In this document: in pieces, positions 16,909 through 26,459 of the stretch
Numbering within the stretch: the first letter of the stretch is position 1
Layout of the letters: each line of letters starts with the position of its first letter
Source: Alkalilimnicola ehrlichii MLHE-1
GTDB taxonomy: Bacteria; Pseudomonadota; Gammaproteobacteria; Nitrococcales; Halorhodospiraceae
Assembly (NCBI RefSeq): GCF_000014785.1
Contig: NC_008340.1
Coordinates: forward strand, 3,210,001-3,242,000
Direction: 5' to 3'
DNA: 32,000 bases
Made by a program: the position numbers and the translations under genes
The notes under the pieces: generated by a model
The model's database searches: none
The model's input: the letters and a program-made list of their open reading frames with translations, nothing else
What the model was told of the DNA's origin: nothing

Positions 16909-18906
16909 ATGCCCACACGCCGAGATCTGGCCAACGCCATCCGAGCCCTGTCCATGGACGCGGTCCAGCGCGCCCATTCCGGTCACCCGGGCGCGCCCAT
17001 GGGCATGGCGGACATCGCCGAAGTGCTGTGGAACGACTATCTGCGCCACAACCCGGCCAACCCCCACTGGTGGGACCGGGACCGGTTTGTGCTCTCCAAC
17101 GGTCACGGCTCGATGCTGCTTTACAGCCTGCTGCACCTGTCGGGCTATGAGCTGGGCATTGACGATCTGAAGGCCTTCCGCCAACTGCACTCCAGGACCC
17201 CCGGTCACCCGGAGTACGGCTACACCGCGGGGGTGGAGACCACCACCGGGCCGCTGGGCCAGGGGCTGGCCAACGCGGTGGGGCTGGCGCTGGCCGAGCG
17301 CACCCTGGCCGCGCAGTTCAACCGCCCGGGCCACGAGCTGGTGGATCACTGGACCTACTGCTTCCTGGGCGATGGCTGTCTGATGGAGGGGGTGAGTCAC
17401 GAGGCCTGCTCGCTGGCCGGCACATGGAAGCTGGGCAAGCTGATCGGTTTCTACGACGACAACGGCATCTCCATTGACGGCAAGGTGGAGGGCTGGTTCA
17501 CCGACGATACGCCGGGCCGGTTTGAGGCTTACGGCTGGCATGTGGTGCGCGAGGTGGACGGGCACGATGCGGAGGCGATCAAGCGCGCCATTGATGAGGC
17601 GCGGGCGGTGACCGACCGGCCGAGCCTGATCTGCTGCAAGACGGTGATCGGCTTTGGCGCGCCCAACGTCTGTGGCACCCACGGGGTGCACGGTGCGCCG
17701 CTGGGCGATGAGGAGATCCAGGCCACGCGCGAGTTCCTGAAGTGGGAGCACGGGCCGTTTGAGATCCCGCGCGAGATCTACAGCGGGTGGGATGCGCGGG
17801 CGCGCGGCAAGCAGTTGGAGGCGGCCTGGCACGAGCGGCTGGCCGCTTACCGCAAGGCGCACCCGGAGATGGCGGCGGAGTTTGAGCGGCGGATGAAGGG
17901 CGAGCTGCCCGAGCGGTTTGCCCAGCACGCCGAGGAGGCGCTGGCCGAGGCGGTGGACGAGTCGGCCAAGGTGGCCACGCGCAAGGCCTCGGAGCAGGCG
18001 CTCAACCGGCTGGGGCCGTACCTGCCGGAGCTGCTCGGCGGCTCGGCGGACCTGTCCGGCTCCAACAACACCAAGTGGGAAGACTGCGCGGTGATCGGCG
18101 GGGCGAAGGCCGACGCCGATGGCAATTACCTCCACTACGGGGTGCGTGAGTTCGGCATGAGCGCCATTGCCAACGGGCTGGCGCTGCACGGCGGGTTCAT
18201 CCCCTACACCGGCACCTTTCTGGTGTTCTCCGATTACGCGCGCAACGCCATCCGCATGGCGGCGCTGATGGGCATCCAGCAGATCTTTGTCCACACCCAC
18301 GACTCTATCGGTCTGGGCGAGGATGGCCCGACCCACCAGCCGGTGGAGCATCTGGGGAGTCTGCGCATGATCCCGGGGCTGGATGTCTGGCGCCCGTGCG
18401 ATGCCATTGAGACCCAGGCGGCGTGGCAGGCGGCGCTGGAGCGCCGTGACGGGCCGAGTCTGCTGGCGCTCTCGCGCCAGGGGCTGGTGGCGCAGCAGCG
18501 CACCGACGAGCAGGTGGCGTTGATTCGGCGCGGCGGTTATGTGCTGGCCGAGCCCAAGCAGGGTGAGGCGGAGCTGATCCTGATGGCCACCGGCAGTGAG
18601 GTGGCGATCATGGTGGAGGCGGCCGAGCGGCTGGCCGACCGGGGCCGGCGGGTGCGGGTGGTGTCCATGCCCTGTCTGGAGGTGTTCCAGTCGCAGCCGG
18701 CCGACTACCGCGAGGCGGTGCTGCCGGCGGGGGTGCCGGTGATCGCCATGGAGGCGGCCCACCCGATGCCCTGGCAGGCGCTGCTGGGCGACCGCGGCCG
18801 GGTGATCGGCATCGACACCTTCGGCGAGTCGGCACCGGCACCGGCGCTCTACGAGCACTTCGGGCTGACCGTGGACGCCGTGGTCCAGGCCACGGAGACC
18901 CTGTAA
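16909..18906 (+). CDS. tkt: Transketolase
   Basis: The start is at the ATG at 16909 ([41 protein letters not shown]), nearly collinear with E. coli TktA from residue 1. AGGGAGA lies upstream. 665 aa. Confidence 0.96.
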   Translation: MPTRRDLANAIRALSMDAVQRAHSGHPGAPMGMADIAEVLWNDYLRHNPANPHWWDRDRFVLSNGHGSMLLYSLLHLSGYELGIDDLKAFRQLHSRTPGHPEYGYTAGVETTTGPLGQGLANAVGLALAERTLAAQFNRPGHELVDHWTYCFLGDGCLMEGVSHEACSLAGTWKLGKLIGFYDDNGISIDGKVEGWFTDDTPGRFEAYGWHVVREVDGHDAEAIKRAIDEARAVTDRPSLICCKTVIGFGAPNVCGTHGVHGAPLGDEEIQATREFLKWEHGPFEIPREIYSGWDARARGKQLEAAWHERLAAYRKAHPEMAAEFERRMKGELPERFAQHAEEALAEAVDESAKVATRKASEQALNRLGPYLPELLGGSADLSGSNNTKWEDCAVIGGAKADADGNYLHYGVREFGMSAIANGLALHGGFIPYTGTFLVFSDYARNAIRMAALMGIQQIFVHTHDSIGLGEDGPTHQPVEHLGSLRMIPGLDVWRPCDAIETQAAWQAALERRDGPSLLALSRQGLVAQQRTDEQVALIRRGGYVLAEPKQGEAELILMATGSEVAIMVEAAERLADRGRRVRVVSMPCLEVFQSQPADYREAVLPAGVPVIAMEAAHPMPWQALLGDRGRVIGIDTFGESAPAPALYEHFGLTVDAVVQATETL

Positions 18907-19018
18907 CCCGCGGTTTCGGCACCCGATTCGGGCGCGGCTTGCGCGCCGGACGCCGTGACAGGACACTTACAGCTCCTGGAAATACCGGATCTGAATCAAC
19001 GGAGCACAAGGAGACACC

Positions 19019-20197
19019 ATGGCCGTCATTAAGATGACCGACCTCGACCTGAAGGGTAAGCGCGTCCTGATCCGCGAGGACCTCAATGTCCCCCTGAAGG
19101 AGGGCAAGGTCGCCGACGATACCCGCATCCGCGCCTCGCTGCCCACCATCCGTCACGCCCTGGAGTCGGGTGCCCGGGTGATGCTGCTCTCGCACCTAGG
19201 CCGCCCCAAGGAGGGCGAGCCCGACCCGGCCGCCTCGCTGCGGCCGGTCGCCGAGCACCTGGCCACACTGTTGGGTCAGGAGGTACCGCTGGCAGAGGAC
19301 TGGCTGGACGGCGTGGAGGTCGCCGAGGGCCAGGCGGTGCTGTGCGAGAACGTCCGCTTCAACGTCGGCGAAAAGGCCAACGACGAGGCCCTGGCGAAAC
19401 GGATGGCGGCCCTCTGCGACGTCTATGTCATGGATGCCTTCGGCACCGCCCACCGTGCCCAGGCCTCCACCCACGGCGTTGGGCAGTACGCCCCGGTGGC
19501 CTGCGCGGGCCCACTGCTGGCGGCCGAGCTCGAGGCCCTGGGCAAGGCGCTGGAGGCCCCGGCCCGGCCGATGACCGCCATCGTCGGCGGCTCCAAGGTC
19601 TCCACCAAGCTCGACGTGCTGGAGACCCTGTCCGAGAAGGTGGATCAGCTGATTGTCGGGGGCGGCATCGCCAACACCTTTATCGCCGCGGCCGGCCACC
19701 CGGTGGGCAAGTCCCTGTACGAGGCGGACCTGGTGGATAAGGCCCGCCAGCTGATGGACACCGCCCGTGCCAACGGCGGCGAGATCCCCGTCCCCACCGA
19801 TGTGGTGGTGGGCCGCGAGTTCAGCGCCGACACCCAGGCGGTGGTCAAGCGGGTGGACGAGGTGGACGACGAGGACATGATCTTCGACATCGGCCCCGAG
19901 ACCGCCCAGCGCTACGCCGGGATGATGCGCGAGGCGGGCACTATCGTCTGGAACGGCCCGGTGGGGGTGTTCGAATTCGATCAGTTCGGCGAGGGTACCC
20001 GCAAGCTGGGGGAGGCCATCGCCGAGAGCGACGGCTTCTCCATCGCCGGCGGCGGTGACACAGTGGCCGCGGTGGAAAAGTACGGGCTGGCCGACCGGAT
20101 CTCCTACATCTCCACCGGCGGCGGCGCCTTCCTGGAGTTCCTGGAGGGCAAGACCCTGCCGGCCGTGGCCATGCTTGAGGCCCGCGCCAGTGACTGA
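19019..20197 (+). CDS. pgk: Phosphoglycerate kinase
   Basis: 392 aa with [31 protein letters not shown] and GGGDT. An AAGGAGA Shine-Dalgarno is present. Confidence 0.96.
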   Translation: MAVIKMTDLDLKGKRVLIREDLNVPLKEGKVADDTRIRASLPTIRHALESGARVMLLSHLGRPKEGEPDPAASLRPVAEHLATLLGQEVPLAEDWLDGVEVAEGQAVLCENVRFNVGEKANDEALAKRMAALCDVYVMDAFGTAHRAQASTHGVGQYAPVACAGPLLAAELEALGKALEAPARPMTAIVGGSKVSTKLDVLETLSEKVDQLIVGGGIANTFIAAAGHPVGKSLYEADLVDKARQLMDTARANGGEIPVPTDVVVGREFSADTQAVVKRVDEVDDEDMIFDIGPETAQRYAGMMREAGTIVWNGPVGVFEFDQFGEGTRKLGEAIAESDGFSIAGGGDTVAAVEKYGLADRISYISTGGGAFLEFLEGKTLPAVAMLEARASD

Positions 20198-20260
20198 GGC
20201 GCCCGCCATCACCTCCGTCAATCAGGCCCGGGCGACTGCCCCGGGCCGGGAGTAGCGACG

Positions 20261-21715
20261 ATGCCCCTGCCCCGCCGCACCAAGATCATCGCCACCCTCG
20301 GGCCAGCCTCCGACGGCCCGCAGATGGCCACCCGGCTGGTGAAGGCCGGGATCGACCTGGTCCGCATCAACTTCTCCCACGGCACGGTGGACGATCACCG
20401 CCGGCGGGTGGAGGCTGTCCGTCAGGCGGCCCGGGAGGCCGGCCGTGAGGTCGGGGTGCTGGCCGACCTGCAAGGTCCGAAGATCCGCATCGAGGGCTTC
20501 CGTAACGGCGCGGTGGACCTCGAGGAGGACGCACCATTCACCCTCGACACCGCTTTGGATAAGGATGCCGGTGACACGGAGCGCGTCGGGGTGGCCTATC
20601 CCCAGCTGGTCCGGGATGTGGAGCCGGGCGACGTCCTGCTTCTGGACGACGGCCGGGTACTGCTCAAGGTGGAGTCGGTCAGCGACACGGCCATCCACTG
20701 CCGGGTCGCCACCGGCGGCCGGTTGTCCAACCGCAAGGGGCTGAACCGCCTCGGCGGCGGCCTCTCCGCGGAGGCGCTGACCGACAAGGACGAGGCGGAT
20801 ATCCGTACCGCGGTGGAACTGGGGGCCGACTATCTGGCGGTCTCGTTCGTGCGCGAGGCGGCGGATGTGGAGCGGGCCCGTGAACTGCTGCAGGCCGCCG
20901 GTGGCAACGCCGGGATCATCGCCAAGATCGAGCGCGCCGAGGCGCTGGATTGCCAGACCGAGATCATCCAGGCTGCCGACGCCATCATGGTGGCCCGCGG
21001 CGACCTGGGCGTGGAGATCGGCGATGCCGCGCTGCCGCAGGTCCAGAAACAACTGATCCACCAGGCCCGCGACCTGAACCGGGTGGTGATCACGGCGACC
21101 CAGATGATGGAGTCCATGATCGAGAGCCCGCTGCCCACGCGCGCCGAGGTCTTCGACGTGGCCAACGCCGTCCTTGACGGCACCGATGCGGTGATGCTCT
21201 CGGCGGAGACCGCGGCCGGTGAATATCCCGACGCGGCGGTGGCGGCCATGGACCGGGTCTGCCGGGAGGCGGAGAAGAGCCGGGCCGCCACCGAGTCCGG
21301 CCACCGGTTGGAGTGCCGCTTCGGCAGCTCCGAGGAGGCGGTGGCCATGGCGGCCATGTACACCGCCAACCACCTGCCGGTGAAGGCGATCATCGCCCTC
21401 ACCGAATCGGGCACCACCGCACTCTGGATGTCCCGTATCCGCTCCGGCATCCCGATCTATGCCTTGACCCGGCACCCGGAGACCCAGGGCCGGGTCACCC
21501 TCTACCGCGGGGTCTACCCCATCGCCTTCGACCCGACCCAGGGCGATGCCGACAGCGTGCGCCAGCGCCTGGTCCAGACGCTGCGGGAGAAGCGGCTGGT
21601 GACGGAGGAGGACCACCTGGTGCTGACCTTCGGCAGTCGGATGGGGGTGGCCGGTGGCACCAACACCATGAAGGTGGTGAAGGTGGGTGACCTGTTGAAC
21701 GGCACGGGGCATTAG
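20261..21715 (+). CDS. pyk: Pyruvate kinase
   Basis: 484 aa with RRTKIIATLGPAS, RINFSHG, MVARGDLGVEI and ATQMMESM. Confidence 0.94.
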   Translation: MPLPRRTKIIATLGPASDGPQMATRLVKAGIDLVRINFSHGTVDDHRRRVEAVRQAAREAGREVGVLADLQGPKIRIEGFRNGAVDLEEDAPFTLDTALDKDAGDTERVGVAYPQLVRDVEPGDVLLLDDGRVLLKVESVSDTAIHCRVATGGRLSNRKGLNRLGGGLSAEALTDKDEADIRTAVELGADYLAVSFVREAADVERARELLQAAGGNAGIIAKIERAEALDCQTEIIQAADAIMVARGDLGVEIGDAALPQVQKQLIHQARDLNRVVITATQMMESMIESPLPTRAEVFDVANAVLDGTDAVMLSAETAAGEYPDAAVAAMDRVCREAEKSRAATESGHRLECRFGSSEEAVAMAAMYTANHLPVKAIIALTESGTTALWMSRIRSGIPIYALTRHPETQGRVTLYRGVYPIAFDPTQGDADSVRQRLVQTLREKRLVTEEDHLVLTFGSRMGVAGGTNTMKVVKVGDLLNGTGH

Positions 21716-21816
21716 GCAACGACGGAAACCTGGCCGGTCCCTTTTTTGGGGCCGGCGTGAAACCCGGTATCCCGGCCTGAGGTGCAGGCCGCTATTCTTG
21801 GTAACGGAGGAAAACC

Positions 21817-22881
21817 ATGGCGCTCATCACGCTGCGACAGTTGCTGGACCATGCCGCCGAGCACGGCTACGGCATGCCGGCATTCAACGCCAACAATATG
21901 GAGCAATTTCACGCCATCATGGAGGCGGCCCGGGAGACGGACAGCCCGGTGATCCTGCAGAGTTCCGCCGGGGCGCGTAAGTACGCCGGCGAGCCCTTTT
22001 TCCGCCACATGATGCATGCGGCGGTGGAGCAGTACCCGGATATCCCGCTGTGCATCCACCAGGACCATGGCGCTTCGCCGGCGGTGTGCCTGCGCTCGAT
22101 CCAGAGCGGCTTCACCTCGGTGATGATGGACGGCTCCCTGCGCGAGGACATGAAGACCCCCTCGGACTATGAGTACAACGCCCGGGTGACCCGTACGGTC
22201 TCGGAGATTGCCCATGCCGGCGGGGTCTCGGTGGAGGGCGAGCTGGGCTGTCTGGGCTCGTTGGAGACGGGCGAGGCCGGCGAGGAGGACGGCTCCGGTG
22301 CCGAAGGCAAGCTGTCCAAGGAGATGATGCTGACCGATCCGGAGGAGGCGGCGCAGTTCGTGCGCGAGACCCACGTGGATGCGTTGGCGATCGCGATCGG
22401 CACCAGCCACGGCGCGTACAAGTTCACCCGTCCGCCGACAGGGGATATTCTGGCGATTGAGCGGATCAAGGAGATCCATGCGCGCATCCCGGACACCCAC
22501 TTGGTGATGCACGGCTCTTCCTCGGTGCCGCAGGAGTGGTTGGAGATCATCAACCAGTTCGGCGGGGAGATGCCGGAGACCTATGGGGTGCCGGTGGAGG
22601 AGATCCAGGAGGGGATCCGCCACGGGGTGCGTAAGGTGAATGTGGACACGGATCTGCGTCTCGCCGCCACCGGTGCGGTGCGCCGGCATCTGGCGGAGAA
22701 CCCGTCCAACTTCGATCCGCGCAAGTTCCTGAAGGCGGCCACGGAAGCCATGAAGGACATCTGCAAGGCCCGCTACGAGGCTTTCGGCAGTGCCGGTCAG
22801 GCTTCCAAGATCAAGCCCATTGGTCTGATGGACATGGTGGAGCGCTACGCCAGCGGCGAGCTCGACCCGAAGGTGTCCTGA
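21817..22881 (+). CDS. fba: Class II fructose-1,6-bisphosphate aldolase, Calvin-cycle subtype
   Basis: 354 aa with [50 protein letters not shown] and [15 protein letters not shown] Shine-Dalgarno is present. Confidence 0.94.
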   Translation: MALITLRQLLDHAAEHGYGMPAFNANNMEQFHAIMEAARETDSPVILQSSAGARKYAGEPFFRHMMHAAVEQYPDIPLCIHQDHGASPAVCLRSIQSGFTSVMMDGSLREDMKTPSDYEYNARVTRTVSEIAHAGGVSVEGELGCLGSLETGEAGEEDGSGAEGKLSKEMMLTDPEEAAQFVRETHVDALAIAIGTSHGAYKFTRPPTGDILAIERIKEIHARIPDTHLVMHGSSSVPQEWLEIINQFGGEMPETYGVPVEEIQEGIRHGVRKVNVDTDLRLAATGAVRRHLAENPSNFDPRKFLKAATEAMKDICKARYEAFGSAGQASKIKPIGLMDMVERYASGELDPKVS

Positions 22882-22925
22882 AGCAACACAGGTGACTCAA
22901 AGGGGTTGATCCCCTTCCTGTGTGG

Positions 22926-22960
22926 CCCCGGTCCGCTGCTTGGCGGGCCGGGGTTTTTTT
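22926..22960 (+). terminator. Strong rho-independent terminator ending the gap-tkt-pgk-pyk-fba unit
   Basis: CCCCGGTCCGC (22926-22936) pairs with GCGGGCCGGGG (22943-22953): 11 bp including one G-T position, with a 6-nt loop, followed by T7 (22954-22960). A second nested hairpin precedes it at 22886-22923 (ACACAGG...AAGGGG-TTGAT-CCCCTT-CCTGTGT). Confidence 0.85.
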
Positions 22961-23035
22961 GAAAGGCGGCGGGGCTTTAAGGCTTGCGGTGGGGTTGCCG
23001 CTGGGATAGCCCCAGCGCAGTGCCCCACCGGAAGT

Positions 23036-24445
23036 TTAGAAAGGCAGCGACAGCCCCGGCCGGATGCTCTCCAGCAGGGCGCGGAACGCCGCCTTGATCC
23101 GCTCCAGCGCGGCCTCGTCGTCGGCCTCGAAGCGCAGCACCAGGCTCGGCGTGGTGTTGGAGCTGCGGATCAGGCCCCAGCCGTCGGGGAACTCCACCCG
23201 CAGGCCGTCGATGGTGTGCAGTGTGGCATCGGTGAACCGCTCGCGGCCGGCCGCCAGCAGGCGCTCCATAAGCGGCGTCGGCTCCCCCTCCTCCAGGTTC
23301 ACCCGCAACTCCGGGGTGCTCACCGCGTCGGGCAGGGCGGCGAAGACCTCGGCGCTGCTGCCTGCCCGGCGGGCCAGGATCTCCAGCAGACGGGCGCCGG
23401 TGTAGAGGGCGTCGTCGAAGCCGTACCAGCGCTCCTCGAAGAAGATGTGGCCGCTCATCTCACCGGCCAGGGGTGCGCCCGTCTCCTTGAGCTTGGCCTT
23501 GATCAGCGAGTGCCCCGTTTTCCACATGCAGGGCTCGCCCCCCGCCTCGCGGATCACCCGGGCCAGATGCGCTGAGCACTTCACATCGAAGATCACCGGC
23601 TCACCGGGCCGGCGGGAGAGCACATCCTGAGCGTAGAGCATTAGCTGGCGGTCCGGCCAGATGATCCGGCCCTCGTTGTCCACCACCCCCAGGCGGTCAC
23701 CGTCGCCGTCAAAGGCCAGGCCGACGTCAGCGCCACCGGCCCGCACCCGGTCGATCAGCTCGGCGACATTCTTCGGCTCCGCCGGGTCCGGGTGGTGGTT
23801 GGGGAAGGACCCGTCCACCTCGCAGTAAAGCGCCTCCACCTCGCAACCCAGCGCCCGGAACAGCGCCGGGGCCACTGCCCCGGCGACGCCGTTGCCCGCA
23901 TCCAGGACCACCTTGAGCGGACGATCGGGCCGCACGTCACCGGTCACCCGCGCCAGATAGTCCGGGACGATGTCGTACGTCTCGCGGGTACCGGGGGCAT
24001 CAGCACGGGCGTAGTCACCCTCATGCACCCGCCGCCGCAGGTCCTGGATGTCGTCCCCGGAGAGGGTCCGGCCGCCGGCCATGATCTTCATGCCGTTATA
24101 CTCCGGCGGATTATGGCTGCCGGTGACCATCACCCCGGCGCCGGTGCCCAGGTGGTGGGTGGCGAAGTACATCAGCGGCGTGGGGACGCAGCCCAGGTCG
24201 ATGACGTCCCGCCCGACCTGTTGCAGCCCCTCGGTCAGGCCCGCCACCAGCTCCGGGCTGGAGTGACGGCCATCGCGGGCCACGATAACGCGCCGCTGGC
24301 CCTGGTCGGCGGCCTCGCTGCCGATGGCCCGGCCCAACAGCCGGGCCACGTCGGCATTGAAGCCCTGGGTGACGATGCCGCGGATGTCGTAGGTGCGGAA
24401 GATGCTGTCCGGCAGGCCCGGGGCCTGGTCCTTCTTCTCACTCAT
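23036..24445 (-). CDS. algC: Phosphomannomutase / phosphoglucomutase
   Basis: 469 aa alpha-D-phosphohexomutase with the active-site TGSHNPPEYNG, the metal loop FDGDGDR and the sugar loop GEMSGH. The coaBC-dut-algC order is conserved in gammaproteobacteria such as Pseudomonas. Confidence 0.9.
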   Translation of the reverse strand: MSEKKDQAPGLPDSIFRTYDIRGIVTQGFNADVARLLGRAIGSEAADQGQRRVIVARDGRHSSPELVAGLTEGLQQVGRDVIDLGCVPTPLMYFATHHLGTGAGVMVTGSHNPPEYNGMKIMAGGRTLSGDDIQDLRRRVHEGDYARADAPGTRETYDIVPDYLARVTGDVRPDRPLKVVLDAGNGVAGAVAPALFRALGCEVEALYCEVDGSFPNHHPDPAEPKNVAELIDRVRAGGADVGLAFDGDGDRLGVVDNEGRIIWPDRQLMLYAQDVLSRRPGEPVIFDVKCSAHLARVIREAGGEPCMWKTGHSLIKAKLKETGAPLAGEMSGHIFFEERWYGFDDALYTGARLLEILARRAGSSAEVFAALPDAVSTPELRVNLEEGEPTPLMERLLAAGRERFTDATLHTIDGLRVEFPDGWGLIRSSNTTPSLVLRFEADDEAALERIKAAFRALLESIRPGLSLPF

Positions 24446-24497
24446 GGTCCTTTCCGTCCTCTGGCTTGTTCGGTTATAACGCCTTCACAGGGCCCTG

Positions 24498-24693
24498 CCT
24501 TGCGGTTGTGGGGGGCGATCATCGGGCCGGCCTCCAGTTGCGCACCCCTTCGGGGTACCCTGCGCTACTCACAAAAAATCGGCGCGCGTGAACTCGCTTC
24601 GCTCAAACAGGCACGCGCTTCATCCGATTTTTTGCTGCGTTGCTCGGTGCGCAAAGTCGGCCGGCCCGGTGATCGCCCCCCACAACCGCAAGG
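24498..24693. repeat. 196-bp long imperfect palindrome (MITE/REP-like or structured RNA) between dut and algC
   Basis: The 35-bp arms 24498-24532 and 24659-24693 are complementary at 34/35 positions. Inner matching pairs are TTGCGCACC (24538-24546) with GGTGCGCAA (24646-24654), CAAAAAATCGG (24572-24582) with CCGATTTTTTG (24624-24634), and GCGCGTG (24584-24590) with CACGCGC (24612-24618). Confidence 0.85.
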
Positions 24694-24703
24694 CCGGATG
24701 AAG

Positions 24704-25162
24704 TCAGTGCCGGCCGGTATGGCCAAAGCCCCCCTCACCCCGGGTGCTAGGCGTGAACTCGTCCACCACCTGAAAGCGCGGCCGCAGCACCGGCACGAAG
24801 ACCAGCTGCGCCACCCGCTCGCCCGGATTGATCACGAAGGGCTCGATCCCCCGGTTCCAGCAGGAGATCAGGATCTGCCCCTGATAGTCGGAGTCGATCA
24901 GGCCCACCAGATTGCCCAGCACGATGCCGTGCTTGTGGCCCAGTCCGGAGCGGGGCAGTACGGTCGCGGCCATGCCGGCGTCCGCCATGTGCACCGCCAT
25001 GCCACTGGGCAGCAGTTCGGTCTGCCCCGGCGCCAGGGTCAGCGGGGCATCCAGGCAGGCGCGCAGGTCCACTCCGGCCGAGCCGTCGGTGGCGTACGCA
25101 GGCAGGGGCCATTCACTGCCCAGACGGGGATCGAGAATCTTCAGTTCCACGGGTTGCGGCAT
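24704..25162 (-). CDS. dut: dUTP diphosphatase
   Basis: 152 aa. [36 protein letters not shown] is collinear with E. coli Dut from its N-terminus. Confidence 0.95.
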   Translation of the reverse strand: MPQPVELKILDPRLGSEWPLPAYATDGSAGVDLRACLDAPLTLAPGQTELLPSGMAVHMADAGMAATVLPRSGLGHKHGIVLGNLVGLIDSDYQGQILISCWNRGIEPFVINPGERVAQLVFVPVLRPRFQVVDEFTPSTRGEGGFGHTGRH

Positions 25163-26366
25163 GGTGATAGCGCTCGGTGATCAGGTTAATGAGTTGACGG
25201 GCCAATGCCGGCTTGTCGGCACGGGCCAGGCTGGTATGGCCGCCCCCGGGCCAGTAGACCTCCAGGGCGTTGTCGTCGGTATGAAACCCCCGGTCCGCCC
25301 CCACCCAGTTGGCGGCGATCATATCCAGCCCTTTGCGGGCCAGCTTGCCCCGGGCGTGGGCCTCCAGCGCGTCGGTCTCAGCAGCGAAGCCCACCGTGAA
25401 GGGACGGTACTGCTCTAGGGCCGCCACCTCGCGCAGGATATCGGGGTTGGGTACCAGACGCAGGGCCGTCTCGCTGTCGGTTTTTTTGATCTTGCTGCCG
25501 GCGCTCTGCTCCGGGCGGTAGTCGGCCACCGCCGCCGCGGCAATGAAGATATCGGCGCCGGCGACCCGATCCATGACCGCCCGGTGCATGTCCCGGGCAC
25601 TCTCCACGGCGACGGTCTCGACCCCATGCGGCGCCGGCAGCTCAGTGGGACCGCTGATCAAGAGCACCCGCGCCCCGGCATCGCGGGCGGCGGCGGCCAG
25701 GGCGTGCCCCATCTTCCCGGAGCTGTGGTTGGTGAGGTAACGGACCGGATCCAGGGCCTCGCGGGTCGGCCCGGAGGTGATCAGCACGGTCCGCCCGGAC
25801 AGGACGCCCGGGCCCGGCCCGGCGGCATCGCCCAGCAGGGCCTCGACCAGTTCCAAAGGCTCCAGCATGCGCCCGGCGCCGGTCTCGCCGCAGGCCTGGT
25901 CGCCCTCGCCCGGGCCCAGCAGGCGCACGCCCCGGGCAGTCAGGCGTTCACAATTGGCACGGGTGGCCGGCGCGCGCCACATCACTTGGTTCATGGCCGG
26001 GGCCACCGCAATGGGCGCCTCGGTGGCCAGGCACAGGGTGGTGAGCAGGTCATCGGCAAAACCGGAGGCGAGGCGGGCGAGAAAATTGGCGCTGGCCGGG
26101 GCCACCAGAATCTGGTCGGCCCAGCGGGCGAGTTCGATGTGGCCCATGGCCGCCTCGGCCTCGGCGTCCAGCAGCTCGGTGGCCACCCGGTGGCCGGAGA
26201 CCGCCTGCAGCGTGAGCGGGGTAACGAAGCCCTGGGCCCCCTCCGTCATCACCACGCGGACCTCGAGCCCGCGCTCGCGCAGCCGCCGCACCAGGTCCGG
26301 TGTCTTGTAGGCGGCGATACCGCCGGTCATGCCCACCACGATTCGCTGGATGGCTGACGTACTCAT
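25113..26366 (-). CDS. coaBC: Bifunctional phosphopantothenoylcysteine decarboxylase / phosphopantothenate-cysteine ligase
   Basis: 417 aa. The N-terminal flavoprotein domain reads [13 protein letters not shown] and PAMN. The C-terminal CoaB domain reads [25 protein letters not shown]. Confidence 0.94.
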   Translation of the reverse strand: MSTSAIQRIVVGMTGGIAAYKTPDLVRRLRERGLEVRVVMTEGAQGFVTPLTLQAVSGHRVATELLDAEAEAAMGHIELARWADQILVAPASANFLARLASGFADDLLTTLCLATEAPIAVAPAMNQVMWRAPATRANCERLTARGVRLLGPGEGDQACGETGAGRMLEPLELVEALLGDAAGPGPGVLSGRTVLITSGPTREALDPVRYLTNHSSGKMGHALAAAARDAGARVLLISGPTELPAPHGVETVAVESARDMHRAVMDRVAGADIFIAAAAVADYRPEQSAGSKIKKTDSETALRLVPNPDILREVAALEQYRPFTVGFAAETDALEAHARGKLARKGLDMIAANWVGADRGFHTDDNALEVYWPGGGHTSLARADKPALARQLINLITERYHHAATRGTEDSRSPSGQ

Positions 26367-26459
26367 GAGCTGGCCCGATTAATGATGTGCCGCAAGCTTA
26401 ACGTATATCACCACGGTCCGGCACGCTGACACCCCAGGGCCGGTGGCCGGCGCGGGCCG

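Noticed and set aside
16537-18966. 809-aa ORF on the minus strand, the longest ORF in the window
   Set aside because: It lies exactly antisense to transketolase, whose translation is collinear with E. coli TktA. The antisense product is Arg/Gly/Pro/His-rich low-complexity sequence with no recognisable motif. This is a typical stop-codon-poor shadow ORF in GC-rich DNA.
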